Positions 24,340 through 34,214 of a stretch of DNA of 64,000 nucleotides are shown piece after piece. The DNA is from an uncultured delta proteobacterium. Lineage in GTDB: Bacteria; Desulfobacterota; Binatia; UBA9968. A model generated the notes under the pieces. That model worked only from the letters and a program-made list of their open reading frames with translations. It was not told where the DNA came from and did not search any database. Position numbers and translations under genes: made by a program. The stretch lies in the NCBI GenBank assembly GCA_963771465.1, contig CAVYTU010000002.1, positions 32,001 to 96,000 of the forward strand, read 5' to 3'. Within the stretch, counting starts at the first letter, position 1. The number at the start of each line of letters is the position of its first letter.

Positions 24340-25194
24340 ATGAAAAGGGAGACAGTGATGAAAAGAAACTTTGGGTATCGCAAGTGTTTTTGCGCCATGG
24401 CAAGCATGTTGGCCATTGGCCTAGTCGCCATCCTCGCCAGCAGCCCTGCTTTCGCTGAGGAAACTTCAATGGACAACCAAACAGTCACGGCGGCTGTCGA
24501 GTCGCTTACCGACAACGTCGAAATGCCATCGCCTGGTTACACCGAGCCAACGGAACTCGCAACCGCGGCCACAGCTCCGGGCGAAGACTTCGAGGACGAT
24601 CCCTGGGAAGGCTTCAACGAGAAGATGTTTAGTTTCAACCGCGAAGTGCTTGATCGGTTTTTGCTAAAGCCCATCGCCACAGGGTGGGATTTTATTTTTC
24701 CCGATATGATGCAACGTGGCTTCCGCAATATGTTCGACAACATCGATGTCGTCCGCCGCGTGGTTAACAACGGCTTACAATTGAAGCTAACCGGCGCGGC
24801 TACCGAATTGGCTCGATTCACGATCAACAGCACCATCGGCGTGGTAGGCTTTTTCGACGTTGCCAAAGACGCTTTCGGCATCGAACAGCGAGACGAAGAC
24901 ACCGGACAGACCTTCGGCGTCTGGGGCGCGGGGCCGGGTCCCTATTTGATCTTGCCCTTCCTGCCGCCGGCGACCGTACGTGACGGTATTGGGTATTTGT
25001 TCGACGGGGCAATGTTTCCGCCCTCTTATTTCATTCCTTGGTGGGGCACCATCGCCGCAACATTTACTGAGACCGTCAACGAGCGGTCGTTAAACCTCGA
25101 CCGCTTCGAAAGGGTGGCCGAGTCGACAGTTGACCTTTACGGGGCCGTGCGTAACGCCTACCTGCAACGGCGCGCAGCGGCGATCAAGCAGTAG
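24340..25194 (+). CDS. mlaA: MlaA/VacJ family outer-membrane lipid asymmetry protein
   Basis: DPWEGFNEKMFSFN, RFTINSTIGVVGFFDVA, EDTGQTFGVWG and GPYLILPFL. Confidence 0.92.
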   Translation: MKRETVMKRNFGYRKCFCAMASMLAIGLVAILASSPAFAEETSMDNQTVTAAVESLTDNVEMPSPGYTEPTELATAATAPGEDFEDDPWEGFNEKMFSFNREVLDRFLLKPIATGWDFIFPDMMQRGFRNMFDNIDVVRRVVNNGLQLKLTGAATELARFTINSTIGVVGFFDVAKDAFGIEQRDEDTGQTFGVWGAGPGPYLILPFLPPATVRDGIGYLFDGAMFPPSYFIPWWGTIAATFTETVNERSLNLDRFERVAESTVDLYGAVRNAYLQRRAAAIKQ

Positions 25195-25224
25195 AACCCG
25201 AGAGCCGAAACTTTTCACCTCAAC

Positions 25225-25263
25225 AACGCGGAAGGTTGGCAACGACCTTCCGCGTTTTCATTT
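25225..25263 (+). terminator. Rho-independent terminator after mlaA
   Basis: AACGCGGAAGGTTG-GCAA-CGACCTTCCGCGTT followed by a T-rich tail. Confidence 0.75.
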
Positions 25264-25318
25264 GCGGCTTCGAACCCGCGGTCATTCATTCGTTTCAGCC
25301 TTCCGTCTGACGCATGAA

Positions 25319-26823
25319 TCAGAACTTCGCCCACCAAGGAATCGCTTCCTTGGTCACACCTTCGATCCTAACGTTGTAGGTCTGCAACAGCGTGCCCTCG
25401 GCCAGTTTCAATTTGGCCATGGAGTTATTGTAGTCAGTCAACGACCGTAGTTCCGCGCCCTCGGCGTCGATTAATCTCGATTGGAAGTCGATCACGTCTT
25501 TTTGCGTGATCAGGCCCACCTGGAAGCGCTTTTCTTGCATGCGCAAGTTTTCTTCGGCGAGGGTTTTTGCCTGCTGGCTGGTTTGAATGCGCTTGTAGCC
25601 GCTGTCGACATCGCCCAGGGATTTCTCAACTTCCAAGATCACCTGATTGACCAGCTCACGCTGACGCGCTTTTTCTTGCTCCAACTCGATGCGGGCCTGG
25701 GAGTGTTTACTATGGGCTTGGCCGTTACCCAACGGCACCTGCAGCACCACGCCGACGCTGTAATTGTAAAAGTCGCCACCCAACCGTTCGAGGGATGTAC
25801 CGTAGCCGCCGGGAAATGGATTCATCGTGCCGGGTTTCAACTCGCCGGCGATGCCGGTCAAACCCGCGCCAACGCGGAAATCCATGCGCGGCAGGAAATT
25901 GTGATCAGGATTGACATTGATAGTTAAGCGCAGCTTCGCACTGGCGAAGTCGAGATTGTTGCGGGCGACGATCAATTGCTCGTCGCGGCGCGCTTTCTCC
26001 GCCCGCGCTTCGATCACCGCGACCGCGGCGAACTGACCGGCATTGAATTCGCCTCGGCGTTTTTCTGCAACGCTTCGGCCAACTCGACACCTTTTTCTTG
26101 AACTCGCACGTTATCGGCGGCGAACACGACCGCGCAGTAGCGCTTCGACGATGCGTTGAATCAGTTCGGCCAATTTCGCGCGATAGCCGAGCACACTGAC
26201 TTCTTCGCGGTTTTGATGCGGACAAAAATCGTCGTCAGGCCCCAGCCAAAGTCGCGCAGCAACGGTTGGCTCAGGTAAATCCCAATCGCGGACGATACTG
26301 CGGCTTTAATACTTGGTTGGGCAAGCTGCCGACGAAGCGATTATTAAGAAAAGACAAATTAAGCTGGGTGCCGGTGGCAAAAAGCTTTTTCAGCGTCAAA
26401 TCCCAATCGCGGTTCTGACTGCTCTGCACCAGTTGGAAAAATGGGCTCGCTTCGGTACGGATCGATCGAGTAGCTTTTACGCAGGTATAAATTGACCGTC
26501 GGATCGAAGATCGAGCGTTCCGCGAGCGTCTGCTCGGCGGCGCGCAGCGGTTCGAGCCGTTCCACTTCGATGCCGGGATTGTTTTTGAGCCCAAGCAGCA
26601 CCGCGTCATTCAGGCTAAGCTGGGCCGACTCCGGCGCCGCCTTGCGGAGAAATTCCAGCGTGTAGCCGCTCGGCGTCGGCACAATCGTCGTCCACTGATT
26701 TTCTAACAGCTTGAGCGCCGGCGGCGTGGCGCGAAAATCTGCTTGCGGCGGAATCTCCTGTGCCGATGCCGGCGCTTGCGAAAGAAACAGGGCGAACCCG
26801 GTGATCGCGGCCAATCGCTTCAT
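25319..26823 (-). CDS. TolC-family outer membrane efflux protein; several frameshifts
   Basis: Signal peptide, LSLNDAVLLGLKNNP and C-terminal LAEENLRMQEKRFQVGL...AELRSLTDYN. Confidence 0.8.
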
Positions 26824-26950
26824 AAATGCTCCTTGTGCTGATTTCAGAGAACTGCGTCAACATTCTGCCGGTTGCTGCTATAATTTTGGCTACAGAGATC
26901 GATCGCCGAAGTCAATGTGACAGTTACGCGCGCCAATTCGTGCTTGACTA

Positions 26951-26979
26951 TTGACAAGCCGGGAGGCGTTCAATATGAA
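26951..26979 (+). promoter_or_regulatory. Candidate sigma-70 promoter for the ORF at 27050
   Basis: TTGACA-N17-TATGAA. Confidence 0.4.
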
Positions 26980-27049
26980 TTTAGGCCAGCTTACCAACGC
27001 CGCGCGAGGTGTTGGCGCGAACGAGAACAGGGAGCATTAGACGGGAAAG

Positions 27050-27409
27050 ATGCCAAGGACAAAAAAGAAAAGCGCGGGACGGCCAGCCAAAGATCGCACT
27101 TCCGACTATATCGACGACGGCAGCCATGACGAGTCGGACGACGAAGATCTTCCAAGTGACGAAGCGGGCCGGCGCAAAATCAAAAAAAATTACGAAGATC
27201 TCCTCGGTATCCGCATCGATAAGCTCAGAGGGCGGGTGCTCAACCGAGAGAAAATCAACAAGAGCATCGACGGCCTCTATTTCATTTGCTTCGAGTGCAA
27301 AAAAATCTGCCACAACCTTGATGATGGCTGGATGGAAGAAGCGGCGACGCTAAATAATTTTTGCGGCCCCTGCGCCAAGGCGAAAGGTGTCCGCAGCAGC
27401 GCCGCCTAG
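27050..27409 (+). CDS. Small protein with acidic tract and C4 zinc finger (DksA/TraR-like finger)
   Basis: IDGLYFICFECKKIC...FCGPCA; RBS-like sequence and candidate promoter upstream. Confidence 0.6.
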   Translation: MPRTKKKSAGRPAKDRTSDYIDDGSHDESDDEDLPSDEAGRRKIKKNYEDLLGIRIDKLRGRVLNREKINKSIDGLYFICFECKKICHNLDDGWMEEAATLNNFCGPCAKAKGVRSSAA

Positions 27410-28374
27410 AACTTTATTCCCAGTCGCTCTAAAACTTTTGTCAAATCAGCAGGGATCTCGCTGTCCAACTGCACCATCCGTTGAGTATCGGGGTGATGAA
27501 ATTCGAGCCGTTTGGCGTGCAAGAAGTGTCTTTCTAGGCCGAAGTTTTCTTTTCTTTCAGGTCCATATAAGCCATCACCAACAATCGGCCAACCGCTTGC
27601 CGCTAGATGAACACGAATTTGATGGGTGACGCCGGTGGCCATGATGACTTCCAACAAACTCATTCCTGGCGCCGCGCCGATTCTTCGATATTGCGTGAGC
27701 GCGGGCCAACTGCGCGTCGGCTTGCCGCTTGCGTCTGGATCAAACACGCGCATCTTCCGCTTATCCGAACGGTCATGCGCCAGTGGCGAGTGGATTTCCC
27801 CGCCATCGAGCGAATCGCCCCAGACCAGCGCCCAATAAGTCTTATTCACATCCCGGCGGCGAAATTGTTTGCGCAGGCTAGCGAATGCCGTTTGAGTTTT
27901 CGCGACGAGAAGCAAACCCGAAGTCTCGACATCGAGACGATGCACCAACCCAGGCTCCCAGCGGCTCTTGCCGACCGTCAGCAATTCCGGCCAGCGAGCC
28001 AAAACAAAATTTGCCAAGGTGTCATCGTCACGGGCGGAAAAGCCGTGGGTTGCCATACCCGCCGGTTTGTCGAGCGCAAGAATCGCTTCGTCTTCGTAAA
28101 CGATCGGCACGTCGGAGGGCAACGCCGGCGGCGGCTGCTCGGCCAACCATTCGACAGGGCCGGAAAACACGACGCGATCTCCTGTTGCGAGCCGGTCGCC
28201 TTTTTTTCCGACTCGACCATTGATGAGAAATAATTTTTCGCCGAGCGCCTGGTCAAGCGCGCGGCGCGAAAGATGCGGCAGCGCCCGACGCACAAACACA
28301 TCGAGTCGAAGCGACGCCGATTCCACCGGCACCAGCCATAGGCGAGTTCTCGCGCCCGCGGCTTGATCCACCAT
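27406..28374 (-). CDS. RluA/RluD family pseudouridine synthase
   Basis: S4-like RLDVFV, DKPAG, VHRLDVETSG and TGVTHQIRVHL. Confidence 0.93.
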   Translation of the reverse strand: MVDQAAGARTRLWLVPVESASLRLDVFVRRALPHLSRRALDQALGEKLFLINGRVGKKGDRLATGDRVVFSGPVEWLAEQPPPALPSDVPIVYEDEAILALDKPAGMATHGFSARDDDTLANFVLARWPELLTVGKSRWEPGLVHRLDVETSGLLLVAKTQTAFASLRKQFRRRDVNKTYWALVWGDSLDGGEIHSPLAHDRSDKRKMRVFDPDASGKPTRSWPALTQYRRIGAAPGMSLLEVIMATGVTHQIRVHLAASGWPIVGDGLYGPERKENFGLERHFLHAKRLEFHHPDTQRMVQLDSEIPADLTKVLERLGIKF

Positions 28375-28422
28375 GGGAGCTACCGTACTATAATTTTCAT
28401 TCTCATCAACTGGGACGACACA

Positions 28423-29535
28423 ATGATAAATCACTGTTACAGCGTCATCATCGCCGGCGGCAAAGGCACACGCTTCTGGCCGCTCAGCCGCGCCGAGCGG
28501 CCCAAGCAGTTGCTCAAAATCTTGAGCGATCGCAGCCTGATCGACGAAACTGCGGAACGCGTCCAAGCTGTGACGCCATCATCGCGCACACTCGTCGTCA
28601 CCGTCGCCGAGCAACTTGGCGCCATGCGTAAAGAGCTGCGCGCGTTACCGCGGCAGAATTTCATTGCGGAACCCCAAGGCAAAAATACTGCACCGTGCAT
28701 CGGCCTCGCCGCACTGGAAGTCCTCCGGCGCGATCCCGACGGCGTAATGATCGTGCTCCCTGCCGATCATTGGGTCGCCGATGTGAAAGGCTTCCAGCGA
28801 ACTCTCAAAGCGGCGGTCGAATTGGCCGTACAGCAAGATCGCTTGATCACCATCGGCATTCGCCCGGACTATCCGGAAACCGGCTATGGCTACATCATGA
28901 AAGGAAAGCTGACGGGCGGCGCGAAGCCAGCCTCATTCCAAGTCAAACGCTTTACCGAGAAGCCCGCCGTCGCGCTCGCCAAGAAACTTGTGCGCCAAGG
29001 CTCGCTGTGGAACAGCGGCATTTTCGTGTGGAAGGCCGCGACGCTCATTGAATTGCTCAATCGCTATCAGCCTGACATTGGCGCCAAGCTCGGCGCAATC
29101 GACAAAGCTTCCCACGGGAAATCGCTGGGCAACCCGAACCCAAAGCTCCGCGCCGTCATCGCGCGCGAGTATAAGAAAATGCCGAGCATCTCGATCGACT
29201 ACGCCGTCCTGGAAAAAGCCGGCGCCGAGGGCAGAGTCTTAACCGTCGAAGCCGATTTCGGCTGGAGCGACGTCGGCAGTTGGGCCGCCGTCCATCGCAT
29301 GATGCATAAAGACGCCCAGGGTAACGCCGGCAACGGCCGCTGGCTCCAGCTCGGCGCCAAGAACTGTCTGATTCACTCGCCGGACCGTTTGATCGTCTTA
29401 CTTGGTATCGAGAATGCGGTCGTCGTCGACACCGCCGACGCCTTGTTGGTCGGCGATCTCAGCCGTTCTCAAGAAGTGCGCGAACTGGTCGGCGAACTTC
29501 AGCGCCGAGGCCTTGGCCATTTGACGGTAAAATAA
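28423..29535 (+). CDS. manC: Mannose-1-phosphate guanylyltransferase
   Basis: AGGKGTRFWPLSR, PKQLL, EPQGKNTAP, PETGYGYI, WNSGIF and GWSDVGSW. Confidence 0.93.
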   Translation: MINHCYSVIIAGGKGTRFWPLSRAERPKQLLKILSDRSLIDETAERVQAVTPSSRTLVVTVAEQLGAMRKELRALPRQNFIAEPQGKNTAPCIGLAALEVLRRDPDGVMIVLPADHWVADVKGFQRTLKAAVELAVQQDRLITIGIRPDYPETGYGYIMKGKLTGGAKPASFQVKRFTEKPAVALAKKLVRQGSLWNSGIFVWKAATLIELLNRYQPDIGAKLGAIDKASHGKSLGNPNPKLRAVIAREYKKMPSISIDYAVLEKAGAEGRVLTVEADFGWSDVGSWAAVHRMMHKDAQGNAGNGRWLQLGAKNCLIHSPDRLIVLLGIENAVVVDTADALLVGDLSRSQEVRELVGELQRRGLGHLTVK

Positions 29536-29557
29536 CCACGCTTCTCCGCGCCGCACA

Positions 29558-30379
29558 ATGAACTCACGCTATCGCAAAGGCCCGTTTCAAGCCGACGAGC
29601 CGGTGATTTTGCTCGACCGCAAGGATCGCGAATACTTGTCTCGCCTCGATCAGCGCCGGCCCATCGCGATTCGCGGCGGTAAAGTCTCCGTCGACGATAT
29701 CATCGGCCGTGACGAAGGCAGCGTCGTCAAGTCGTCTTACAACGAGCCTTTCTTGGTTTTCCGGCCGAGTTTGGCGCAGTTAATTCCCAACTTGCCGCGC
29801 ACTGCCCAGGTAATTTATCCCAAGGATCTGGGACCGATTTTGATCTGGGCCGATCTGTTCCCCGGCGCGCGCGTTGTCGAAGCCGGCGTCGGCGCCGGCG
29901 CCCTCAGCATGGCGCTGCTGCGCGCCATCGGCGACGAGGGACAGCTTTTCTCCTATGAGCTTCGCGAGGATTTCGCTGCACTGGCGCAGAAAAACATCGC
30001 CCGCTATTTCGGCCCGTCGCCCAATTGGCAGGTCACACTGGGCGATGTCGGCGCCACGCTCGACGAAAGTGAAATTGATCGGGTGATTTTAGATTTGCCC
30101 GAGCCGTGGCATGTCATCGACCCGGCGTGGAAAGCATTGCGCCCGGGCGGCATTCTGCTTTGCTATCTGCCGACGGTCATTCAGGTAAAGAGTTTGGTCG
30201 ACGCGCTGCGCGACGACAAGCGCTTCGCCTGCATCGAGACTTCGGAAACGTTAATGCGTTTCTGGCATATCAAAGGCATGAGCATCCGTCCGCAGCACCG
30301 CATGGTCGCCCACACCGGCTTTCTCATCTCAGCGCGCCGATTGGCGGATGGCCAAAAAGACATTCCCCGAGCGCCGTGA
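29558..30379 (+). CDS. trmI: tRNA (adenine-58-N1)-methyltransferase
   Basis: PRTAQVIYPKD, VVEAGVGAGALS, LDLPEPW and RPQHRMVAHTGFL. Confidence 0.92.
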   Translation: MNSRYRKGPFQADEPVILLDRKDREYLSRLDQRRPIAIRGGKVSVDDIIGRDEGSVVKSSYNEPFLVFRPSLAQLIPNLPRTAQVIYPKDLGPILIWADLFPGARVVEAGVGAGALSMALLRAIGDEGQLFSYELREDFAALAQKNIARYFGPSPNWQVTLGDVGATLDESEIDRVILDLPEPWHVIDPAWKALRPGGILLCYLPTVIQVKSLVDALRDDKRFACIETSETLMRFWHIKGMSIRPQHRMVAHTGFLISARRLADGQKDIPRAP

Positions 30380-30408
30380 AGGGGCGACCAGCAGGTCGCC
30401 CCTTCACG
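30375..30408. repeat. REP-like palindrome / bidirectional terminator between convergent genes
   Basis: CGTGAAGGGGCGACC-AGCA-GGTCGCCCCTTCACG, a perfect 15-bp stem. Confidence 0.7.
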
Positions 30409-30418
30409 AAACCGTTTT

Positions 30419-31285
30419 TCACGCATAGCCTTTTTCGAGCCACCACTCAGCGATTTCGATGCGCCGAGCAAACCACACTTTGGGAAATCCTTTGGCGTAT
30501 TGAATAAACTCGTCGATGATCTTGGTGCGGAACGGAACCCCGGAGACGAAGGGGTGAAGATTAAAGGCAAAGTATTTCGGCGCCCCTTGTTCGCCTTCCC
30601 AGTAAAGATAGTCGAACTGGTCCTTCATGATCTGCAACAGATCTCTCGGCGTTCGCCCAGTCCCGTAGGTGGAGTAGTCGTTGCATCCCGGCACGTTGTA
30701 GGGAACGACGACGACTTTTTTTCCCCGCGCCTCGACGATGTAAGGATTGTCACTGTTGAGCGGATCTGCCCACCACACGAAACCGGCCTCGGCAACCAGC
30801 TCCAGCGTGTTCGGCGTCGAAGCGTGTCCCGGCGACAGATAACCCGTCGGTTTTTGTCCCAACACTTTTTCAAAGGCCGCCACCGTTTTCTGGATCGATT
30901 CGCGCTCCTGCTCTTTGGTGTACATGAAGGAATACTCATGTTCGTAGCTCTCGGACGAAAACTCATGGCCCTTGGCCTTAAATTCTTTGCATTCAGCCGC
31001 GAACTGTTCGACCTTCAAGCCGTTCATTAAAAAGGTCACCTTGAGATTATGTCGATCAAAAAGATCGGAAATTCGCCAGATCCCGGCCCGGTCGCCGTAT
31101 TCTCGCTCCGTGATGAGTGCCATGTTCTGTTTAAACACCGCTTTCGGCGGTGGAATCGTCGCGCCGCCTTGACGCTGCAGCGACTCGTGGCTGGCAAAAT
31201 TCTCCGGCCAAACTTCCCACGGCACAATGAACGTCACACAGATTTTGGCTTTATCCGGCCATTCAATTGTTGTTGGTCTGCCCAT
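30419..31285 (-). CDS. Polysaccharide deacetylase family (PuuE allantoinase-like)
   Basis: WPDKAKICV, EYGDRAGIWRI, TPNTLELV and LHPFVSGVPFR. Confidence 0.8.
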   Translation of the reverse strand: MGRPTTIEWPDKAKICVTFIVPWEVWPENFASHESLQRQGGATIPPPKAVFKQNMALITEREYGDRAGIWRISDLFDRHNLKVTFLMNGLKVEQFAAECKEFKAKGHEFSSESYEHEYSFMYTKEQERESIQKTVAAFEKVLGQKPTGYLSPGHASTPNTLELVAEAGFVWWADPLNSDNPYIVEARGKKVVVVPYNVPGCNDYSTYGTGRTPRDLLQIMKDQFDYLYWEGEQGAPKYFAFNLHPFVSGVPFRTKIIDEFIQYAKGFPKVWFARRIEIAEWWLEKGYA

Positions 31286-31469
31286 GTTTGCTCCTTTACT
31301 CTATAGATCTTTGACCGCATTAAATTCATAAAATGTGGTGCAAGCCAGAGGTATATGGCACGAAAAGTAGATCGTCAAGTGGGTTAACGCAACAACAAGT
31401 ACTGTTGGCGCGTAGCTCAACTTGACATCCTCGGTGCGCGCATCTAAACATTGATCGCTGCAGGTCCAA

Positions 31470-32441
31470 ATGAAAACGGGTGCGCCGCTATTTGCTCTTT
31501 TGCTGTTGGTTATTCTCACTTCCCACGCGCGCGGGCAATCGGCGCCGGAAAAAATCGTCATCACCTACCCGAGCCGTAGCATCGCTTCGGTTGATTTATA
31601 TATCGCCCAAGAACGCGGCTTTTTCCGCCAAGAAGGGCTGATCGCGGATGTGGTGCAAGTACGCGGCAACATCGGCGTCACGGCACTGCTCAGCGGCGAT
31701 GCGCACGCGATCAACAACGTCGGCACGCTGGTTCGCGCCATGGAGCGCAGCGATCTCCCCGCCAAAGTCGTTTCCCAAAGCCTTAGAAAAAATTTGTTCT
31801 GGTTGGTCACCAAACCGGACATCAAAAGCATCATGGAACTCAAGGGAAAAACTTTCGGCACCACGACTTTGGGTGGCTCGCAACACATGGCGGCAGTGCG
31901 CTTTTTACAGAAAGCCGGTCTCGACCCGGACAAGGACATCACGGTTCTAATCGGCGGCGATGTTCCAGCGCAGCTCCAGAGCCTGGTAAGCGGCGTGATC
32001 CAACTGGCCGCATTATCGCCGCCGACGGTTATCATTGCACGCGACAAGTTCAAGTTGAGAATTCACGGCAGCACCCTCGATGATTTACCTAGTTTACAGA
32101 ATGGCCTGGCATTTTCAGAAAGGCTCCTACGCGAGCGGCGCGACTTGGCCAAACGGATTGTCCGTGCCCGCTCCCGCGCGCATCGTTATCTATGGGAGAA
32201 CGAACGCGGCACGGCCGAAGTTTTAGCGAAGTATTTGAATGTGGAAATGGCGGTGGCGCTCGAATCCTATCGGCTCGCCCGCCCGGCGTTCACCACCAAC
32301 GGCCTCGCCAGCGACAAGGAAGTCGAAGACTTTCTCCGCGCCGACGCAGAGGTTTTGAAACTCAAGGAGCCGGTGCCGGCGGCCAAGATATTCGATTTCA
32401 GTTTGCAGCGCGAAGTGAATCAAGAGTTGGGCATCAAGTAG
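31470..32441 (+). CDS. ABC-type substrate-binding protein (NMT1/THI5/SsuA-like)
   Basis: Signal peptide, LYIAQERGFFRQEGL, ELKGKTFG and GLDPDKDI. Confidence 0.85.
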   Translation: MKTGAPLFALLLLVILTSHARGQSAPEKIVITYPSRSIASVDLYIAQERGFFRQEGLIADVVQVRGNIGVTALLSGDAHAINNVGTLVRAMERSDLPAKVVSQSLRKNLFWLVTKPDIKSIMELKGKTFGTTTLGGSQHMAAVRFLQKAGLDPDKDITVLIGGDVPAQLQSLVSGVIQLAALSPPTVIIARDKFKLRIHGSTLDDLPSLQNGLAFSERLLRERRDLAKRIVRARSRAHRYLWENERGTAEVLAKYLNVEMAVALESYRLARPAFTTNGLASDKEVEDFLRADAEVLKLKEPVPAAKIFDFSLQREVNQELGIK

Positions 32442-32482
32442 TCACACGCATCATCAGCAAACTCCCGAGGAGGCTATCTATC

Positions 32483-33434
32483 ATGAACATACTCATCACC
32501 GGCGCGGGATTGATCGGCACCCATGCGGCGCGGCAAATGGTCGACGCTGGACACAAAGTCGTGCTCTTCGATCTGTCGCCGAATCGGGACTACATCGGCA
32601 AAGTGGTCGGCAAAGACAAAGCCGATGTCGTCGCCGCCAACATGCTCGACTTGCCGGCGCTCTTGAGCGCGCTGGAAAGATTCGACGTCGACACCATGGT
32701 TCACACCGCGGGGTTGATCGGCGGGCGGGTACAAGAAAATTCGTACACCGGTGCGACGAATAATATTCTCGGCACTATCAACATCCTCGAAGCAGCGCGC
32801 TTGCGAAAACTGCGCCGGGTCGTCTACGTCAGCACGTTCGGCGTCTATGAGCGCGGCAAAATCACCGACGGCGTCGTCAAAGAAACCCATGCCATCGGCG
32901 GCCACAATCTCTACGCCACCACCAAAGTTTGCTCCGAACATTTGGTCCACGCCTACACCAGCATGTACAACCTCGACACCATCATCATCCGTCCCGGCGG
33001 CGTCTTTGGCCGTGGCTTTTACGTCGGCGGCTCGACGGTGGGAAAGATAATGCGCGATCTGGCGTTAGCGATGATCAAAGGCGAGCCGATCACGATCGAC
33101 GCAAAAACCTACGGCCCCAACGAATATGTCTACGGCAAAGATGTCGGCTTGGCGCTCTTCCTCGCCTGTCAAGCGCAGAATCCAAAGCAACGCATTTACA
33201 ACGCCGGCACTGGCGTCGTGCACGGCGCCGAAGAGTTGGCCCAAGTCGTCCGCGACGTCGCGCCGAAAATTAGAAGTCAAAGTCAGCGGTTCAACCACCG
33301 CGGATAAAAGCCGAAATATCCCGATGGACATCAGCGTTGCCAAAGCGGAGTTAGGCTACGCGCCAAAATTTCCGCTGAAAGATGCGCTGCGGGATTACAT
33401 GGACGAGTTATGGAACGAGGGCGCGAGAAGTTAG
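32483..33434 (+). CDS. NAD-dependent epimerase/dehydratase; frameshift near 33270
   Basis: ILITGAGLIG, YATTK (YxxxK) and C-terminal MDISVAKAELGYAP in a shifted frame. Confidence 0.85.
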
Positions 33435-33458
33435 CGATGAAACAAACTGACTGACGCC

Positions 33459-33488
33459 AAGGGACGCCGCCGGCGTCCCTTCTTTTTT
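33459..33488 (+). terminator. Rho-independent terminator
   Basis: AAGGGACGCCG-C-CGGCGTCCCTT followed by CTTTTTT. Confidence 0.7.
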
Positions 33489-33503
33489 GCGCTGTGCGCA
33501 ACG

Positions 33504-34214
33504 TCAATCGACGAATTTGAACCGAATCATATAATACAACGCCGCCACACCATCCTTCCAAGTGATTTTTTTGCCTTCCGCATAGGTGCGGCCGTGATAG
33601 GAGATCGGCACTTCATAGAAGCGGCAGCCTTTTTTAGCGAGCTTGATGGTAATCTCCGGTTCGAAGCCGAAGCGCTGCGATTTGAGCTCGATGCCTTTCA
33701 ACACTTCGGCACGAAAAACTTTATAGCCGACTTCCATGTCCGAGAGATTCAAATTGGACAGCATGTTGGAAATCAACGTGAGCAAACGATTACCCATGGA
33801 GTGCCAGAAAAATAGCACGCGGTGCGCACCGCCGCCGGCGAAGCGCGAACCGTAAACCACGTCGGCCAAACCCTTCGTAATGGGCTCGATCAAAGCTGGA
33901 TAATCCGCCGGATCGTATTCCAGATCGGCATCCTGAACCAGCACGATATCGCCGGTGACGTGGCTGAAGGCGCTCTTAAGCGCCGCGCCCTTGCCTTGAT
34001 TGTGCGATTGAAAGAAAACTCTGATCTGATTGAGCGGGTCGTTAGCCCGCTGATTTTCTTCCTGCAAGCGTGTGAGAATCTCGCGGCTCTTATCCTTCGA
34101 CCCGTCGTCGACGAGAATGATCTCCTTCGCCATCGGAAAGGCGCACACCCGGCGCACCACTTCCGCCAACGTGTGCTCCTCGTTGTAGACTGGAACTAGG
34201 ACGGAAAGCTTCAC
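33504..34214 (-). CDS. Glycosyltransferase family 2 (DPM1-like)
   Basis: PVYNE, VDDGSKD, NQGKGAAL, QDADLEYDP and YGSRF. Confidence 0.92.
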   Translation of the reverse strand: MKLSVLVPVYNEEHTLAEVVRRVCAFPMAKEIILVDDGSKDKSREILTRLQEENQRANDPLNQIRVFFQSHNQGKGAALKSAFSHVTGDIVLVQDADLEYDPADYPALIEPITKGLADVVYGSRFAGGGAHRVLFFWHSMGNRLLTLISNMLSNLNLSDMEVGYKVFRAEVLKGIELKSQRFGFEPEITIKLAKKGCRFYEVPISYHGRTYAEGKKITWKDGVAALYYMIRFKFVD

